A DNA stretch of 64,000 bases from Solirubrobacterales bacterium (GCA_038326655.1 JBBQKG010000003.1:57456-121455); one strand, 5' to 3'. Positions 37,416-46,336 are shown, counted from the first letter of the stretch. Program-made: numbers and translations. Notes: generated by a model not told the origin, from the sequence alone.

Positions 37416-38291
37416 CTAGGGCGCGGGGACCTTGGACGGTTGTCGCGCGAACTCGCTGATCAGCGAGGCGAGCCGCTCCGGCTGGTCCTCGGACACGAAC
37501 GTGTAGGAGTCGTCGACCCGCTCCAGGCGCGCGTCCGGGAATGTCTCCGCCAGCCGCTCCGCGTGCTCCAGCGGGAAGAAGTCCTTCTCGGAGGCCCACA
37601 CGATCAGCACCGGCCGGTCGAACTCGCCGAGCCGCTCCGCCGCCTCCAGCGTGTACCGGGGATGGATTCCCCTCAGGACCTTGGCGAGGTCGCGGCGCAC
37701 CCCGGCGTTGGCCAGCGCCGGCCCCACCCAGGCCGCGGTCACGTCGCGGTCCAGGCCGTGCTTCGAGAGCCAGCCGAATCCCAGCGGGCCGTGCCGCATG
37801 AACGTGAGGCGCATCGGCTGAAGCATCACGCGCGCGCCGGCGGGTGACTTCGCGGGTGCGAGCAGCCACTTGAACAGGGTGGGGGGGAAGTTCTCGTAGG
37901 CGTCGCAGGGCGTCAGCACGAGCCGGCCGATGCGCTCGGGGTGCCGCGTGACGACGAGCTGGCAGAACGCTCCGCCGGTGTCGTTGCCGACCAGCGTCAC
38001 GCGCTCCAGGTCCAGGGACGCGATGAAGTCTGCGATCAGCTTCGCGACCGCATACGGCGAGAGGTCGGTGCCCTCGTCCAGCGGCTGCTCGTGCGAGCCG
38101 AGCGGCAGGTCGGGGGCGATGCAGCGGAAGTCCTTCGAGAGCGCGGGCACGACCTTGCGCCACAGGTCGCCGTTGACGAGCAGTCCGTGCACGAACACGA
38201 TCGGCTCGCCGGAGCCGCGCTCGCGGTAGCGGATCGTGCCCTGCGGGAGCTTGACTTCCTTCTGATCGCCTAGTGCTTGGGAGATGGACAT
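37416..38291 (-). CDS. alpha/beta hydrolase (dehalogenase-like, Asp nucleophile)
   Basis: PIVFVHGLLVNG, elbow LVGNDTGGAF, and C-terminal TFVSEDQPERL. Confidence 0.8.
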   Translation of the reverse strand: MSISQALGDQKEVKLPQGTIRYRERGSGEPIVFVHGLLVNGDLWRKVVPALSKDFRCIAPDLPLGSHEQPLDEGTDLSPYAVAKLIADFIASLDLERVTLVGNDTGGAFCQLVVTRHPERIGRLVLTPCDAYENFPPTLFKWLLAPAKSPAGARVMLQPMRLTFMRHGPLGFGWLSKHGLDRDVTAAWVGPALANAGVRRDLAKVLRGIHPRYTLEAAERLGEFDRPVLIVWASEKDFFPLEHAERLAETFPDARLERVDDSYTFVSEDQPERLASLISEFARQPSKVPAP

Positions 38292-38312
38292 TCGGCCTCC
38301 TTCGTGATGGGC

Positions 38313-38744
38313 TCAACCGAGCTTGTACGTGACGATGCCCTTCGCGACGAGCGCGCCGCCCGTATCGGTGACGTCGACGTCGCAAAAGCAAAGACTGCGC
38401 CCGCGGCGAAGCACGCGGGCCTCCGCCGTGACCTCCTGGCCCTGTGCCGCCGCCAGGAAGTCGACCGACAGGCCGACCGTGGTGCCACGGAGGGGACCGG
38501 AGGGGTCGTGCGCCGACCACGAGGCTGCCATCGCGGCCGTGTCGACGAGCGCGCTGAGGGCGCCGCCGTGGACCACGTCGCCCACGGTCGCGAGCTCGTC
38601 GCGGTAGGGCATCGCGAGCCGCGCGCGGTCGGCCTCGATCTCGACGAGACGCATTCCGAGATGCAGCACGAACGGCGAGTGCTTCAGGAACTCGGCGATG
38701 ATCTGGGCGCCGGTGGGGGACGCGCTCCGGCTGGTCTCCGGCAT
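38313..38744 (-). CDS. PaaI-family hotdog thioesterase
   Basis: FLKHSPFVLHLGMRLVEIE and VHGGALSALVDTAA (PaaI signature). 143 aa. Confidence 0.8.
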   Translation of the reverse strand: MPETSRSASPTGAQIIAEFLKHSPFVLHLGMRLVEIEADRARLAMPYRDELATVGDVVHGGALSALVDTAAMAASWSAHDPSGPLRGTTVGLSVDFLAAAQGQEVTAEARVLRRGRSLCFCDVDVTDTGGALVAKGIVTYKLG

Positions 38745-38772
38745 CGCTTTCAGCTACGCTGGTCCGAAGTTC

Positions 38773-38802
38773 GGATACATACAGCCGGTATCTAACATAC
38801 AG
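38773..38802. promoter_or_regulatory. candidate TetR operator: GGATAC-N9-GTATC inverted repeat plus two ACATACAG direct repeats
   Basis: The sequence reads ggatACATACAGccggtatctaACATACAGac, in the 67-nt gap between the divergent PaaI (38744) and TetR (38812) starts. CCGAAgTTCGG lies at 38764-38774. Confidence 0.35.
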
Positions 38803-38811
38803 ACTGCATGA

Positions 38812-39399
38812 ATGTCAAGTAAGTCGCAGCAATCCGAGGCGACCCGCCGCAAGCTCGTCCGCGTAGGGCGTGACCTGTTCGCCCGCCGGGGCTTTGCCGA
38901 CGTTCCCACCGAGGAGCTGGTGCGCCGCGCGGGCGTCACCCGTGGAGCGCTCTATCACCACTTCCGCGACAAGCGAGACCTCTTCGCGGCGGTCGTGGAG
39001 GCGGTCGAGCAGGACGTGACCGAGCGCGTCGCGGAGGCGGCGCTGGCGGAGCGCGACCCCTGGGAGCAGCAGCGCGCCGCGATCGGCGCGTACCTCGACG
39101 TCTGCCTCGAGCCGGCCGTGCAGCGGATCGTGCTGGTCGACGCGCCGTCGGTGCTGGGCGTCGCGGCCTGGCGCGAGATCGAGGCCCGCTACGGCCTCGG
39201 CCTCGTGAGCGCCGGGCTCCAGAGCGTGATGGAGGCTGGCTACATCGACGAGCAGCCGATCGAGCCGCTCGCGCACCTGCTGCTCGGCGCGCTCACCGAG
39301 GGCGGGCTGCTGATCGCGCGCGCCGAGGACCGCGGGGCCGCGCGGCGGGAGGTCGGCGACGGCCTGGACCGGATCCTGCAAGGGCTCCGGCGCTCCTAG
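38812..39399 (+). CDS. TetR-family transcriptional regulator
   Basis: N-terminal HTH: RRKLVRVGRDLFARRGFADVPTEELVRRAGVTRGALYHHF. Confidence 0.88.
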   Translation: MSSKSQQSEATRRKLVRVGRDLFARRGFADVPTEELVRRAGVTRGALYHHFRDKRDLFAAVVEAVEQDVTERVAEAALAERDPWEQQRAAIGAYLDVCLEPAVQRIVLVDAPSVLGVAAWREIEARYGLGLVSAGLQSVMEAGYIDEQPIEPLAHLLLGALTEGGLLIARAEDRGAARREVGDGLDRILQGLRRS

Positions 39400-39407
39400 G
39401 CGCGCCC

Positions 39408-40304
39408 CTACTCGTAGGTCTCCGGAATGCTCCCCCACACCCCGACGTCGTGGCTCGGGATGATCACCGCGTCCGGGTTCTCGCGCCGGTAGAGCTGCAC
39501 CTCTCGCAGGGAGCGACGCCAATTGTGCTCGTCGTCGAGAAACAGGCCGCGTCGCTCGTGCTCGAGCGTGTCGAGGGAGTAGATCGCGTCGCCGGCCAGC
39601 AGCGCCTCGCGGTCCTTCAGGCGCACGATCAGCGATTGATGCCCCGCCGAGTGCCCGGGCGTGTAGACCAGGCGGATCGATCCGTCGCCAAAGAGGTCGA
39701 ACGAGTGCCCGAAGGTCGAGTAGGAGCTCGCCAGGCGGGTGTCGTAGACGACCTCGCGGTAGTCGACCGCGTGGGCGCCCTGCTTTTGCACGTAGCCCTT
39801 GAAGGTCGACCGCGGCCCGCTGAATGCCGCCCATTCGCCCTCGCCGAGCACGTAGGTCGCCTCGGTGAAGTCGGAGATTGCCGAGGCGTGGTCCATGTGC
39901 AGGTGCGTCATCAAGACGAGCTTGATGTCGCCCGGCGCGAGCCCTCGCTTGCGCAGTTGCGCGACGGCGGTCCGGTCGGGCTCGCTCTCGAACCGGTACA
40001 GGCGGCCGATCAGACCGCCCATGTTCTGCTTCGGGTCGACCGAGACCGATGCGTGCAGCCCCGTATCGACCAGGATCGGCCCGGCCACGGGGTGCTCCAG
40101 CAGGAACACCGGCACGGGCGCCCTCAGCCATTCCTCGCGCGGCGAGCGCACGCTGCGGAGCGCCTTGAGCTTGCTTCCAGACATCGCCACCACATCCTCG
40201 GGCCCGAGGATGTGGCCCGTGTTGAGCGGGTGGACGCGCACGGTCGCGCCCTCCTGCCCGCCGGGCAGCGGTTGAGTCAGCCGGCTTGCCTCGGCGAGCG
40301 CCAT
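39408..40304 (-). CDS. metallo-beta-lactamase-fold hydrolase, N-acyl-homoserine-lactonase-like
   Basis: ATG 40304 (MALAEASRL). Zinc motif MTHLHMDHAS, later TPGHSAGH and LAGDAIY. The 414-aa ORF prefix is shadow. Confidence 0.75.
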   Translation of the reverse strand: MALAEASRLTQPLPGGQEGATVRVHPLNTGHILGPEDVVAMSGSKLKALRSVRSPREEWLRAPVPVFLLEHPVAGPILVDTGLHASVSVDPKQNMGGLIGRLYRFESEPDRTAVAQLRKRGLAPGDIKLVLMTHLHMDHASAISDFTEATYVLGEGEWAAFSGPRSTFKGYVQKQGAHAVDYREVVYDTRLASSYSTFGHSFDLFGDGSIRLVYTPGHSAGHQSLIVRLKDREALLAGDAIYSLDTLEHERRGLFLDDEHNWRRSLREVQLYRRENPDAVIIPSHDVGVWGSIPETYE

Positions 40305-40315
40305 GCGGCCCGACC

Positions 40316-40780
40316 CTAGTCGGCTCGTCTTTTGAGCACAACCTTGTTGATGGACTTCGCCACGGTCTCGTCGCGCTGGTTGAGAACCGTGTTGTGGAAC
40401 GTCGCGAGACCGAGATGCTCGTCGCGCTCCTCCTTCTCCTTCAGCTCGACGTGCACGTGGATCGTGTCGCCGATCTTGGTCGGGAGGAAGAAGCGAACCT
40501 TCTCCATCCCGTAGAAGGCGACGATCGGCCCTGGCTGCATCGGCACCAGGCCGGCCGCGTACGAGAGCACCAGCATCCCGTGCGCGATGCGCTCGCCGAA
40601 CATCGTCTTCGACGCCCATTCGGCGTCGACGTGCAGCGGGTACGTGTCCCACGTGAGCGCGGCGAAGTTGACGATGTCCGCCTCCGTGATCGTGCGTCCC
40701 TTGGTCGTGAACGAGTCGCCCACCCCGATGTCGTCGAAGTAGCGGGCGAACAGGTCCGGTGCTGTGGTGTCGATCGTCAT
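40316..40780 (-). CDS. MaoC-like dehydratase (hotdog fold)
   Basis: ATG 40780 overlaps the RidA stop (ATGA). ITEADIVNFAALTWDTYPLHVDAEWA and IAHGMLVLS. Confidence 0.8.
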   Translation of the reverse strand: MTIDTTAPDLFARYFDDIGVGDSFTTKGRTITEADIVNFAALTWDTYPLHVDAEWASKTMFGERIAHGMLVLSYAAGLVPMQPGPIVAFYGMEKVRFFLPTKIGDTIHVHVELKEKEERDEHLGLATFHNTVLNQRDETVAKSINKVVLKRRAD

Positions 40781-41250
40781 GAAACCTCCACTATCGCTTC
40801 TACCTCCACGGACATGTCGAATGGCAGCTCGGCCGCCCCGATCGCGGAGCGGGCGTGCCGCCCCGGCTCGCCCCAGAGCTCGAAGACGAGGTCACTGAAC
40901 CCGTTGATCACGGCCGGCGTCACGTTGAATCCCGGGGCACAGTTGACGAAGCCGAGCGCCTTCACCCACCCGCTCACGCGGTCGAGGTCGCCGAGCTCCT
41001 GCTTCAGCGAGGTGAGCATTGCAAGCCCGGTGTGGCGCGCGGCTTCGTAAGCCTGCTCCACCGTCACCCCGGCTCCCACCTTGCCCTGCATGAGCACGTC
41101 GTTGCCGTCGAGCGGTCCGTGACCGGACACGTATGCATGCCCGCCACTCACCCGCACCCAGGAGAACTTCAGCTCGAGCCCGGGCGGCGGGACGAACGGG
41201 CGCGGCAGTGACAGGCCGAGCTCCTTGAGTCGCTCCTCGATCCGGGCCAA
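40777..41250 (-). CDS. RidA/YjgF-family protein
   Basis: TTG 41250 (ARIEERLKELGLSLP). C-terminal RHARSAIGAAELPFDMSVEVEAIVEV is typical of the YjgF/RidA fold. Confidence 0.75.
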   Translation of the reverse strand: MARIEERLKELGLSLPRPFVPPPGLELKFSWVRVSGGHAYVSGHGPLDGNDVLMQGKVGAGVTVEQAYEAARHTGLAMLTSLKQELGDLDRVSGWVKALGFVNCAPGFNVTPAVINGFSDLVFELWGEPGRHARSAIGAAELPFDMSVEVEAIVEVS

Positions 41251-41262
41251 GGCGGACGTAGT

Positions 41263-42219
41263 CTATGCCCAGCGCTTGAGCAGCCGCTCGGCGCCCTCGG
41301 CGAGCTCGCGCACGATCGACTCGGCCGGCTGGAGGCGCTGGACAGCGGCCACCGACTGGCCGGCGTACATCGCCATCGCGTCGATCCTGCCGCTCGCGTG
41401 CCGCCCGGGCGACGGCGGTGAGAGCCTCACCACGGGCGTCCGCTCGCCGGCGTGCTCGTTCTCACCCACGATCTCGTCCTCGATCGCCTCGGCTGCGGCC
41501 ACACACGAGCGCAGCACGCGGTGGGGCGCGTTCGGCCACATCACCGAGAACGCCTCGGTGAGCACGGTGTCTCCAGGCCCTGCCTCGATCAGCGCGTCGG
41601 CATACGACGGGTGGATGTCGGCCTCCTCCGCGGCGAGGAAGCGCGTCCCCACGCGCACCGCGTCGGCGCCGGCCGCGATTGCCGCCGCCATGCCGCGCGC
41701 CGTGCCAATCCCGCCCGCCGCCACGACCGGCACGTCGACAACGTCGAGCACCTCGTCGAGCAGCGGCAGCAATGCGGTCGTGCCGCGCACGTGGCCGCCG
41801 GCCTCGACCCCCTGCGCGATCACGAAGTCGCAGCCGGCATCGGCGGCCGCCTTTGCCTCGCCCCCGCTGCCGACCTGCCAGGCCGCCAGCGCACCGGCGC
41901 TGCGCACCGATTTCACCAGTTCCGGGTCGGGGTCGCCGTAGAAGAACTCCACCACCCGCGCGTGTCCCGCGACCCCCTCGACCGCCTCGCGGTCGAGGAA
42001 CGGCATCAAGAAGTTCACCCCGATCGAGCCGCCGCCGTCGGCAATCGTGGCGTCCAGCTCCTCTGCCAGTGCCGCTGCCGGCTGCATCACGCCGCCGAGC
42101 ATGCCGAGTCCGCCAGCGCCGCCGACCGCTGCGGCGAGCTCGCGGCGTGCGTTCCCCATGCCGGCCTGTTGCAACGGCACGGCGCAGCCGACGAGCGCGG
42201 TGAACCGGGTTTGGAGCAT
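41263..42219 (-). CDS. nitronate monooxygenase / FabK-like FMN-dependent enoyl reductase family
   Basis: LVGCAVPLQQAGMG, GVNFLMP, AQGVEAGGHVRG, VVAAGGIGTARGMAAA and VRVGTRFL. Confidence 0.8.
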   Translation of the reverse strand: MLQTRFTALVGCAVPLQQAGMGNARRELAAAVGGAGGLGMLGGVMQPAAALAEELDATIADGGGSIGVNFLMPFLDREAVEGVAGHARVVEFFYGDPDPELVKSVRSAGALAAWQVGSGGEAKAAADAGCDFVIAQGVEAGGHVRGTTALLPLLDEVLDVVDVPVVAAGGIGTARGMAAAIAAGADAVRVGTRFLAAEEADIHPSYADALIEAGPGDTVLTEAFSVMWPNAPHRVLRSCVAAAEAIEDEIVGENEHAGERTPVVRLSPPSPGRHASGRIDAMAMYAGQSVAAVQRLQPAESIVRELAEGAERLLKRWA

Positions 42220-42232
42220 CGCGAGCGCCGGG

Positions 42233-43066
42233 TCAGCAGTACATGCCGCCGAACTGGCCTCCGGTCACGTTCACGATCTGGCCGTGAATGTAGTTGGCGA
42301 GTGGCGATGCGAGGAACAGCACCGGGCCCGCGGCCTCCTCCGGCTGGGCGGGGCGCCCGATCGGGATGATCATCGAGGCCATCTGGCGCATCTGCTCCGG
42401 CACGCCGATCGAGACGTCCTGCCCGCCCTCGCCGGCCTTGATCGTTTCGCCCTTCTCCTTGGCCTGGGTGAGGCGGGTCTCGACGAACCCGAAGGCGACC
42501 GCGTTCACGTTGATCTTGAATTGGCCCCACTCCTTCGCGAGCGTCTTCGTGAGGCCGGTGACCGCGGCCTTGCCGGAGGAGTAGTTCACCTGGCCGGCGT
42601 TGCCCATCGTGCCGGAGACCGAGGTGATGTTGATGATCTTGCGGAAGACCTCCTCGCCGCGGTCGCGCTCCGCCTTCGCCGGGTCACGCATGTGAGGCGC
42701 GACCGCACGGCACATCCGGAACGGCACCACCACGTGGATGTCGAGCATCGCCTGGAACTGCTCGTCGCTCATCCGGTGCGCCACGCCGTCCCAGGTGTAG
42801 CCGGCGTTGTTGACGAGGATGTCGACCTTTCCGAAGGCGTCCACGGTCTTCTGGACGACGTCGTCGCAGGAGCCCGGCTTGGTCAGGTCCCCGGCGACCG
42901 CGATCGTCTCGCCCTCGACCTCGCCCGCGGCCTGCTCGGCGATGTCGCCGTCGATGTCGTTGATCGTGACCTGTGCGCCCTCGGCGGCGAACAGCTCCGC
43001 GGTGGCGCGCCCGATCCCGCGCGCCGAGCCGGTGATGATCGCCGTCTTGCCGTCAAGTAGTCCCAT
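42233..43066 (-). CDS. short-chain dehydrogenase (FabG-like 3-oxoacyl reductase)
   Basis: TGSARGIGRATA, NNAG, catalytic S...YSSGK, and an unusually long substrate loop. 277 aa. Confidence 0.85.
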   Translation of the reverse strand: MGLLDGKTAIITGSARGIGRATAELFAAEGAQVTINDIDGDIAEQAAGEVEGETIAVAGDLTKPGSCDDVVQKTVDAFGKVDILVNNAGYTWDGVAHRMSDEQFQAMLDIHVVVPFRMCRAVAPHMRDPAKAERDRGEEVFRKIINITSVSGTMGNAGQVNYSSGKAAVTGLTKTLAKEWGQFKINVNAVAFGFVETRLTQAKEKGETIKAGEGGQDVSIGVPEQMRQMASMIIPIGRPAQPEEAAGPVLFLASPLANYIHGQIVNVTGGQFGGMYC

Positions 43067-43185
43067 TCGTGCGTGCTCCTATCGGTCAGCGGTACGTAGC
43101 CGCGGGAGCCTATCGAGCGTAGACTCAAGCTCCGGTACGCGAGAGCACCCGACGAAGTCGAGGAAGTCACAGAGGGAGGCTGGAG

Positions 43186-44739
43186 ATGTCCGCACTGGAG
43201 AATCCCGAGGTCGCAATCGAGGCGAACGGCGCGTCCGCCGCCGCCAGGGGGCGCATCGCGGTCGAGAACCCCGCGACCGGCGAGATCGTCGGCCATGTCG
43301 ACGACATGGACGCCGCGACGGTCGCGGCGATCGTCGACCGTGCCCGTGCCGCGCAGCCGGACTGGGAGGCGCTCGGGTTCGAGGGACGCGCGGCCAAGCT
43401 GCGCGAGCTGCGGACCTGGCTCGTCACGAACCGCAAGCGGGTGATCGACGTGCTCGTCGCCGAGGGTGGGAAGACGCCCGAGGACGCGATGCTCTCCGAC
43501 CTCTGGTATGTGTGCGACGGCCTTGGCTTTTGGGGCCGCAAGGCCGCGAAGTACCTCGCGGATGAACGCGTCAGGACGCACTCGCCGCTCCTGCTCGGCA
43601 AGAAGGTGCTCGTTCGCTACCGGCCGGTCGGCGTGGTCGGCGTGATCGGTCCCTGGAACTACCCGCTGACGAACACGTTCGGCGACGTGATCCCCGCACT
43701 CATGGCCGGCAACTCCGTCGTGATGAAGCCGAGCGAGATCACTCCGCTCACGAGCCTGCTGCTGGCCGAGGGTGCCGAGACGGTCGGGTTCCCGGCCGAC
43801 GTCCTCTCCGTCGCGACCGGCGCGGGCCAGACGGGTGCCGCGCTCGTCGACAAGGTCGACATGATCATGTTCACGGGCTCGACCCGCACCGGCAAGAAGA
43901 TCATGGCCCAGGCAGCTGAGCGTCTGATCCCCGTGTCGCTGGAGCTGGGCGGCAAGGACCCGATGATCGTGCTGGACGACGCCGACCTCGAGCGGGCGGC
44001 AAACATGGCCGTCCAGTGGGCGATGTCGAACAGCGGTCAGATCTGCATGGCGGTCGAGCGCGTGTACGTCGAGGAGCACGTCTATGACGAGTTCGTCTCG
44101 TCGGTCGTCGAGAAGGTCTCGCGCCTCCGGCAGGGGCCACCCGGCGAGCCCGGCACCGTCGACGTGGGCGCGATGACGTTTCCGCCGCAGATCGAAATCG
44201 TCGACCGCCACGTGCGCGACGCGGTCGACAAAGGCGCAAAGGTCCTGGTCGGCGGCAAGCGGGCCCCCGGCCCGGGGCGCTTCTACGAGCCCACCGTGCT
44301 CACAGGCGTGGACCACACGATGGAGGTCATGCGCGACGAGACCTTCGGCCCGGTGCTCCCGATCATGAAGGTCCGCGACGCCGAGGAGGCGGTCCAGCTC
44401 GCGAACGACACGCACTACGGCCTGAACTCGAGCGTTTTCACGCGGGACCTCGAGAAGGGCGAGCGCATCGCTCGCCGGCTCGAGGCCGGCAACGCATGCG
44501 TGAACGACGCGCTCATGAACTACCTCGCCCAAGAGGCGCCCTTCGGCGGCACGAACGAGTCTGGCCTGGGCGTGCGGCACGGGCCGCAGGGGATCCGCAA
44601 GTACTGCTCCCAGCAGACGATCCTGATCACCCGCTTCGGCCCCAAGCGGGAGCCCACGATGTTCCCCAACAAGCGCCTGACCTCCAAGGTGCTCGAGCGG
44701 CTGATGGTGCTGATGTGGGGCCGGGGCCGGCGCCGCTAG
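43186..44739 (+). CDS. NAD(P)-dependent aldehyde dehydrogenase
   Basis: SD GAGGGAGG upstream. GPWNYP, FTGSTRTGKKI, Glu in LELGGKDP, catalytic Cys in SGQICMAVER, and EETFGPV-like DETFGPV. Confidence 0.9.
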   Translation: MSALENPEVAIEANGASAAARGRIAVENPATGEIVGHVDDMDAATVAAIVDRARAAQPDWEALGFEGRAAKLRELRTWLVTNRKRVIDVLVAEGGKTPEDAMLSDLWYVCDGLGFWGRKAAKYLADERVRTHSPLLLGKKVLVRYRPVGVVGVIGPWNYPLTNTFGDVIPALMAGNSVVMKPSEITPLTSLLLAEGAETVGFPADVLSVATGAGQTGAALVDKVDMIMFTGSTRTGKKIMAQAAERLIPVSLELGGKDPMIVLDDADLERAANMAVQWAMSNSGQICMAVERVYVEEHVYDEFVSSVVEKVSRLRQGPPGEPGTVDVGAMTFPPQIEIVDRHVRDAVDKGAKVLVGGKRAPGPGRFYEPTVLTGVDHTMEVMRDETFGPVLPIMKVRDAEEAVQLANDTHYGLNSSVFTRDLEKGERIARRLEAGNACVNDALMNYLAQEAPFGGTNESGLGVRHGPQGIRKYCSQQTILITRFGPKREPTMFPNKRLTSKVLERLMVLMWGRGRRR

Positions 44740-44784
44740 GCACCGGGCAGGCAACGCTTACCTACACCCGCCGTCGCTATCCTC

Positions 44785-44815
44785 GGACCGTGCCTCCCGC
44801 CCTGCGGCACGGTCC
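44785..44815 (+). terminator. 10-bp hairpin after the ALDH gene, ending 3 nt before the next start codon
   Basis: GGACCGTGCC-tcccgccctgc-GGCACGGTCC, followed by ctgATG (44819). Confidence 0.45.
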
Positions 44816-44818
44816 CTG

Positions 44819-45709
44819 ATGGGTGGCCGGCCTCGCCTCTTCGTGCCTCTGGCTTTGACCCTCGCAGCGATCGCGCTGTGCCTCGCGCTCGTCAAGAGCC
44901 CGTTCTCCGAGTCCGACGGCAGCACGGCGGGCAAGGCGTTCGTCGGGTCGGACTCGCGCAAGAGCGTGGTCGTGTGGGCGGTCGGCGACGGCCCGGACGG
45001 CGGTCCAAATGCGCGCACGGTCGCACGCCTGATCGCACGCTCGCAACCGGATCGAGTGCTGTACTTGGGCGACGTCTACGAGCGCGGCACGATGAACGAT
45101 TTTGAGCGCAACTTCGAGCCGATCTACGGCAAGATCGCGAGCCGTATCGCGCCCACGCCGGGCAATCACGACTGGCCGCTGCATTCGGGCGGCTACGACC
45201 CGTACTGGCAGAAGCAGCGTGGCGCGCCGGTCGCGTACTACTACTCGTTCAGGTCCGGCGGCTGGCAGCTGATCAGCCTCAACTCGGAGATCGACCACGA
45301 CTCGGGGTCGGCCCAGGTGGCCTGGCTTCGGTCGAAGGCGACCGCCAAGGGCAACTGCGGCATCGCGTTCTGGCACCGGCCGCGCTACAGCGCGGGGGAC
45401 CACCACGGCGACGACCCGAGCATGCAGCCCTTCTGGGACGCGCTCGTCGGTCACGCCACGATCGTCCTGAACGGACACGAGCACGACATGCAGCGCTTCA
45501 AGCCCCGGCACGGAATCACGGAGTTCGTCTCCGGTGCCGGCGGGCACGTGCGCTACGGCGTCTACCGGCGGCGCGACCTGGCGTTCGCCGACAGCGCCCG
45601 TTTCGGCGCGCTGCGGCTCCAGCTCACTCCCGGTGCCGCCTGGTATCGCTTCGTCTCGACCAGCGGCAAGACGCTCGACTCCGGGACGGTGCGCTGCAGG
45701 ACGGGCTAG
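44819..45709 (+). CDS. secreted/membrane-anchored metallophosphoesterase
   Basis: N-terminal hydrophobic segment. Calcineurin-like motifs WAVGDGPDGG, LGDVYE, PGNHD and LNGHEHD. Confidence 0.8.
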   Translation: MGGRPRLFVPLALTLAAIALCLALVKSPFSESDGSTAGKAFVGSDSRKSVVVWAVGDGPDGGPNARTVARLIARSQPDRVLYLGDVYERGTMNDFERNFEPIYGKIASRIAPTPGNHDWPLHSGGYDPYWQKQRGAPVAYYYSFRSGGWQLISLNSEIDHDSGSAQVAWLRSKATAKGNCGIAFWHRPRYSAGDHHGDDPSMQPFWDALVGHATIVLNGHEHDMQRFKPRHGITEFVSGAGGHVRYGVYRRRDLAFADSARFGALRLQLTPGAAWYRFVSTSGKTLDSGTVRCRTG

Positions 45710-45727
45710 CGCGAGCCCGTGAGGATG

Positions 45728-46336
45728 TCAGCCGCCCAGCGTGAGGGCGCCGAGCTGGGCGCCGAGCTGACCCACCGACACGGGGCCGCCGGAGCTGGTG
45801 AGGCCGAGCTTGACCGTGTGATGGCCACGGCTGAGGCGCTTCGTGAGCCCGTAGAGCGTGTAGAAGCTGTAGCCGTCGCTGGCCTGGCCGTTGGCCTGCA
45901 ACCGCATCCCGGTCGATGGCACGGCCTTGTTGTCGACGTACACGCCCCACTGGGCCGCGCAGGCGCTCCCCCCGCAGGTGAGGAAGACGTCGCGGACGGT
46001 CCCGAGCACGAAAGTCCTGCCGCTCTGCTTGAGACGGAGGTTGACCGACTTGATCACGGTGCCCGGTGTCGGGGGCGGATTGAGGTCGGCCGCGCGCACG
46101 CCGCCCAGGACGGGAAGCTCTCCCCGCCGGAAGACACTCGCCGTGAGCGAATGGTGCTTGACCTTCGTGGCCGTCACGGCACCGTGGCGAAGCTCGCCCG
46201 CGCCGATGCTGTTCTTGGGCACCGACAGCGCGTAGGCGCCTCCGCTCAGCGCGACAAAGAGTGCGACGCTCGACATCAGGTTGGCGTAGGTCAGCCTTGA
46301 CCGCAGCCTTGATGGCGCTTCGCGAACCAAGCTCAT
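45728..46336 (-). CDS. hypothetical N-terminally anchored protein
   Basis: TM/signal anchor MSSVALFVALSGGAYA, then NSIGAGELRHGAVTATKVKHHSLT and a beta-rich, Cys-containing region (LTCGGSACAAQWG). No known motif. Confidence 0.6.
   Translation of the reverse strand: MSLVREAPSRLRSRLTYANLMSSVALFVALSGGAYALSVPKNSIGAGELRHGAVTATKVKHHSLTASVFRRGELPVLGGVRAADLNPPPTPGTVIKSVNLRLKQSGRTFVLGTVRDVFLTCGGSACAAQWGVYVDNKAVPSTGMRLQANGQASDGYSFYTLYGLTKRLSRGHHTVKLGLTSSGGPVSVGQLGAQLGALTLGG

Noticed and set aside
42883-44754. 623-aa minus-strand ORF antisense to the aldehyde dehydrogenase, and similar cases at 50121..52166 (+), 17761..19437 (+) and 32756..34249 (-)
   Set aside because: All lie opposite strongly supported genes (ALDH, WS/DGAT, ABC exporter, GlpK) and have low-complexity Arg/Asp/His/Pro-rich translations.
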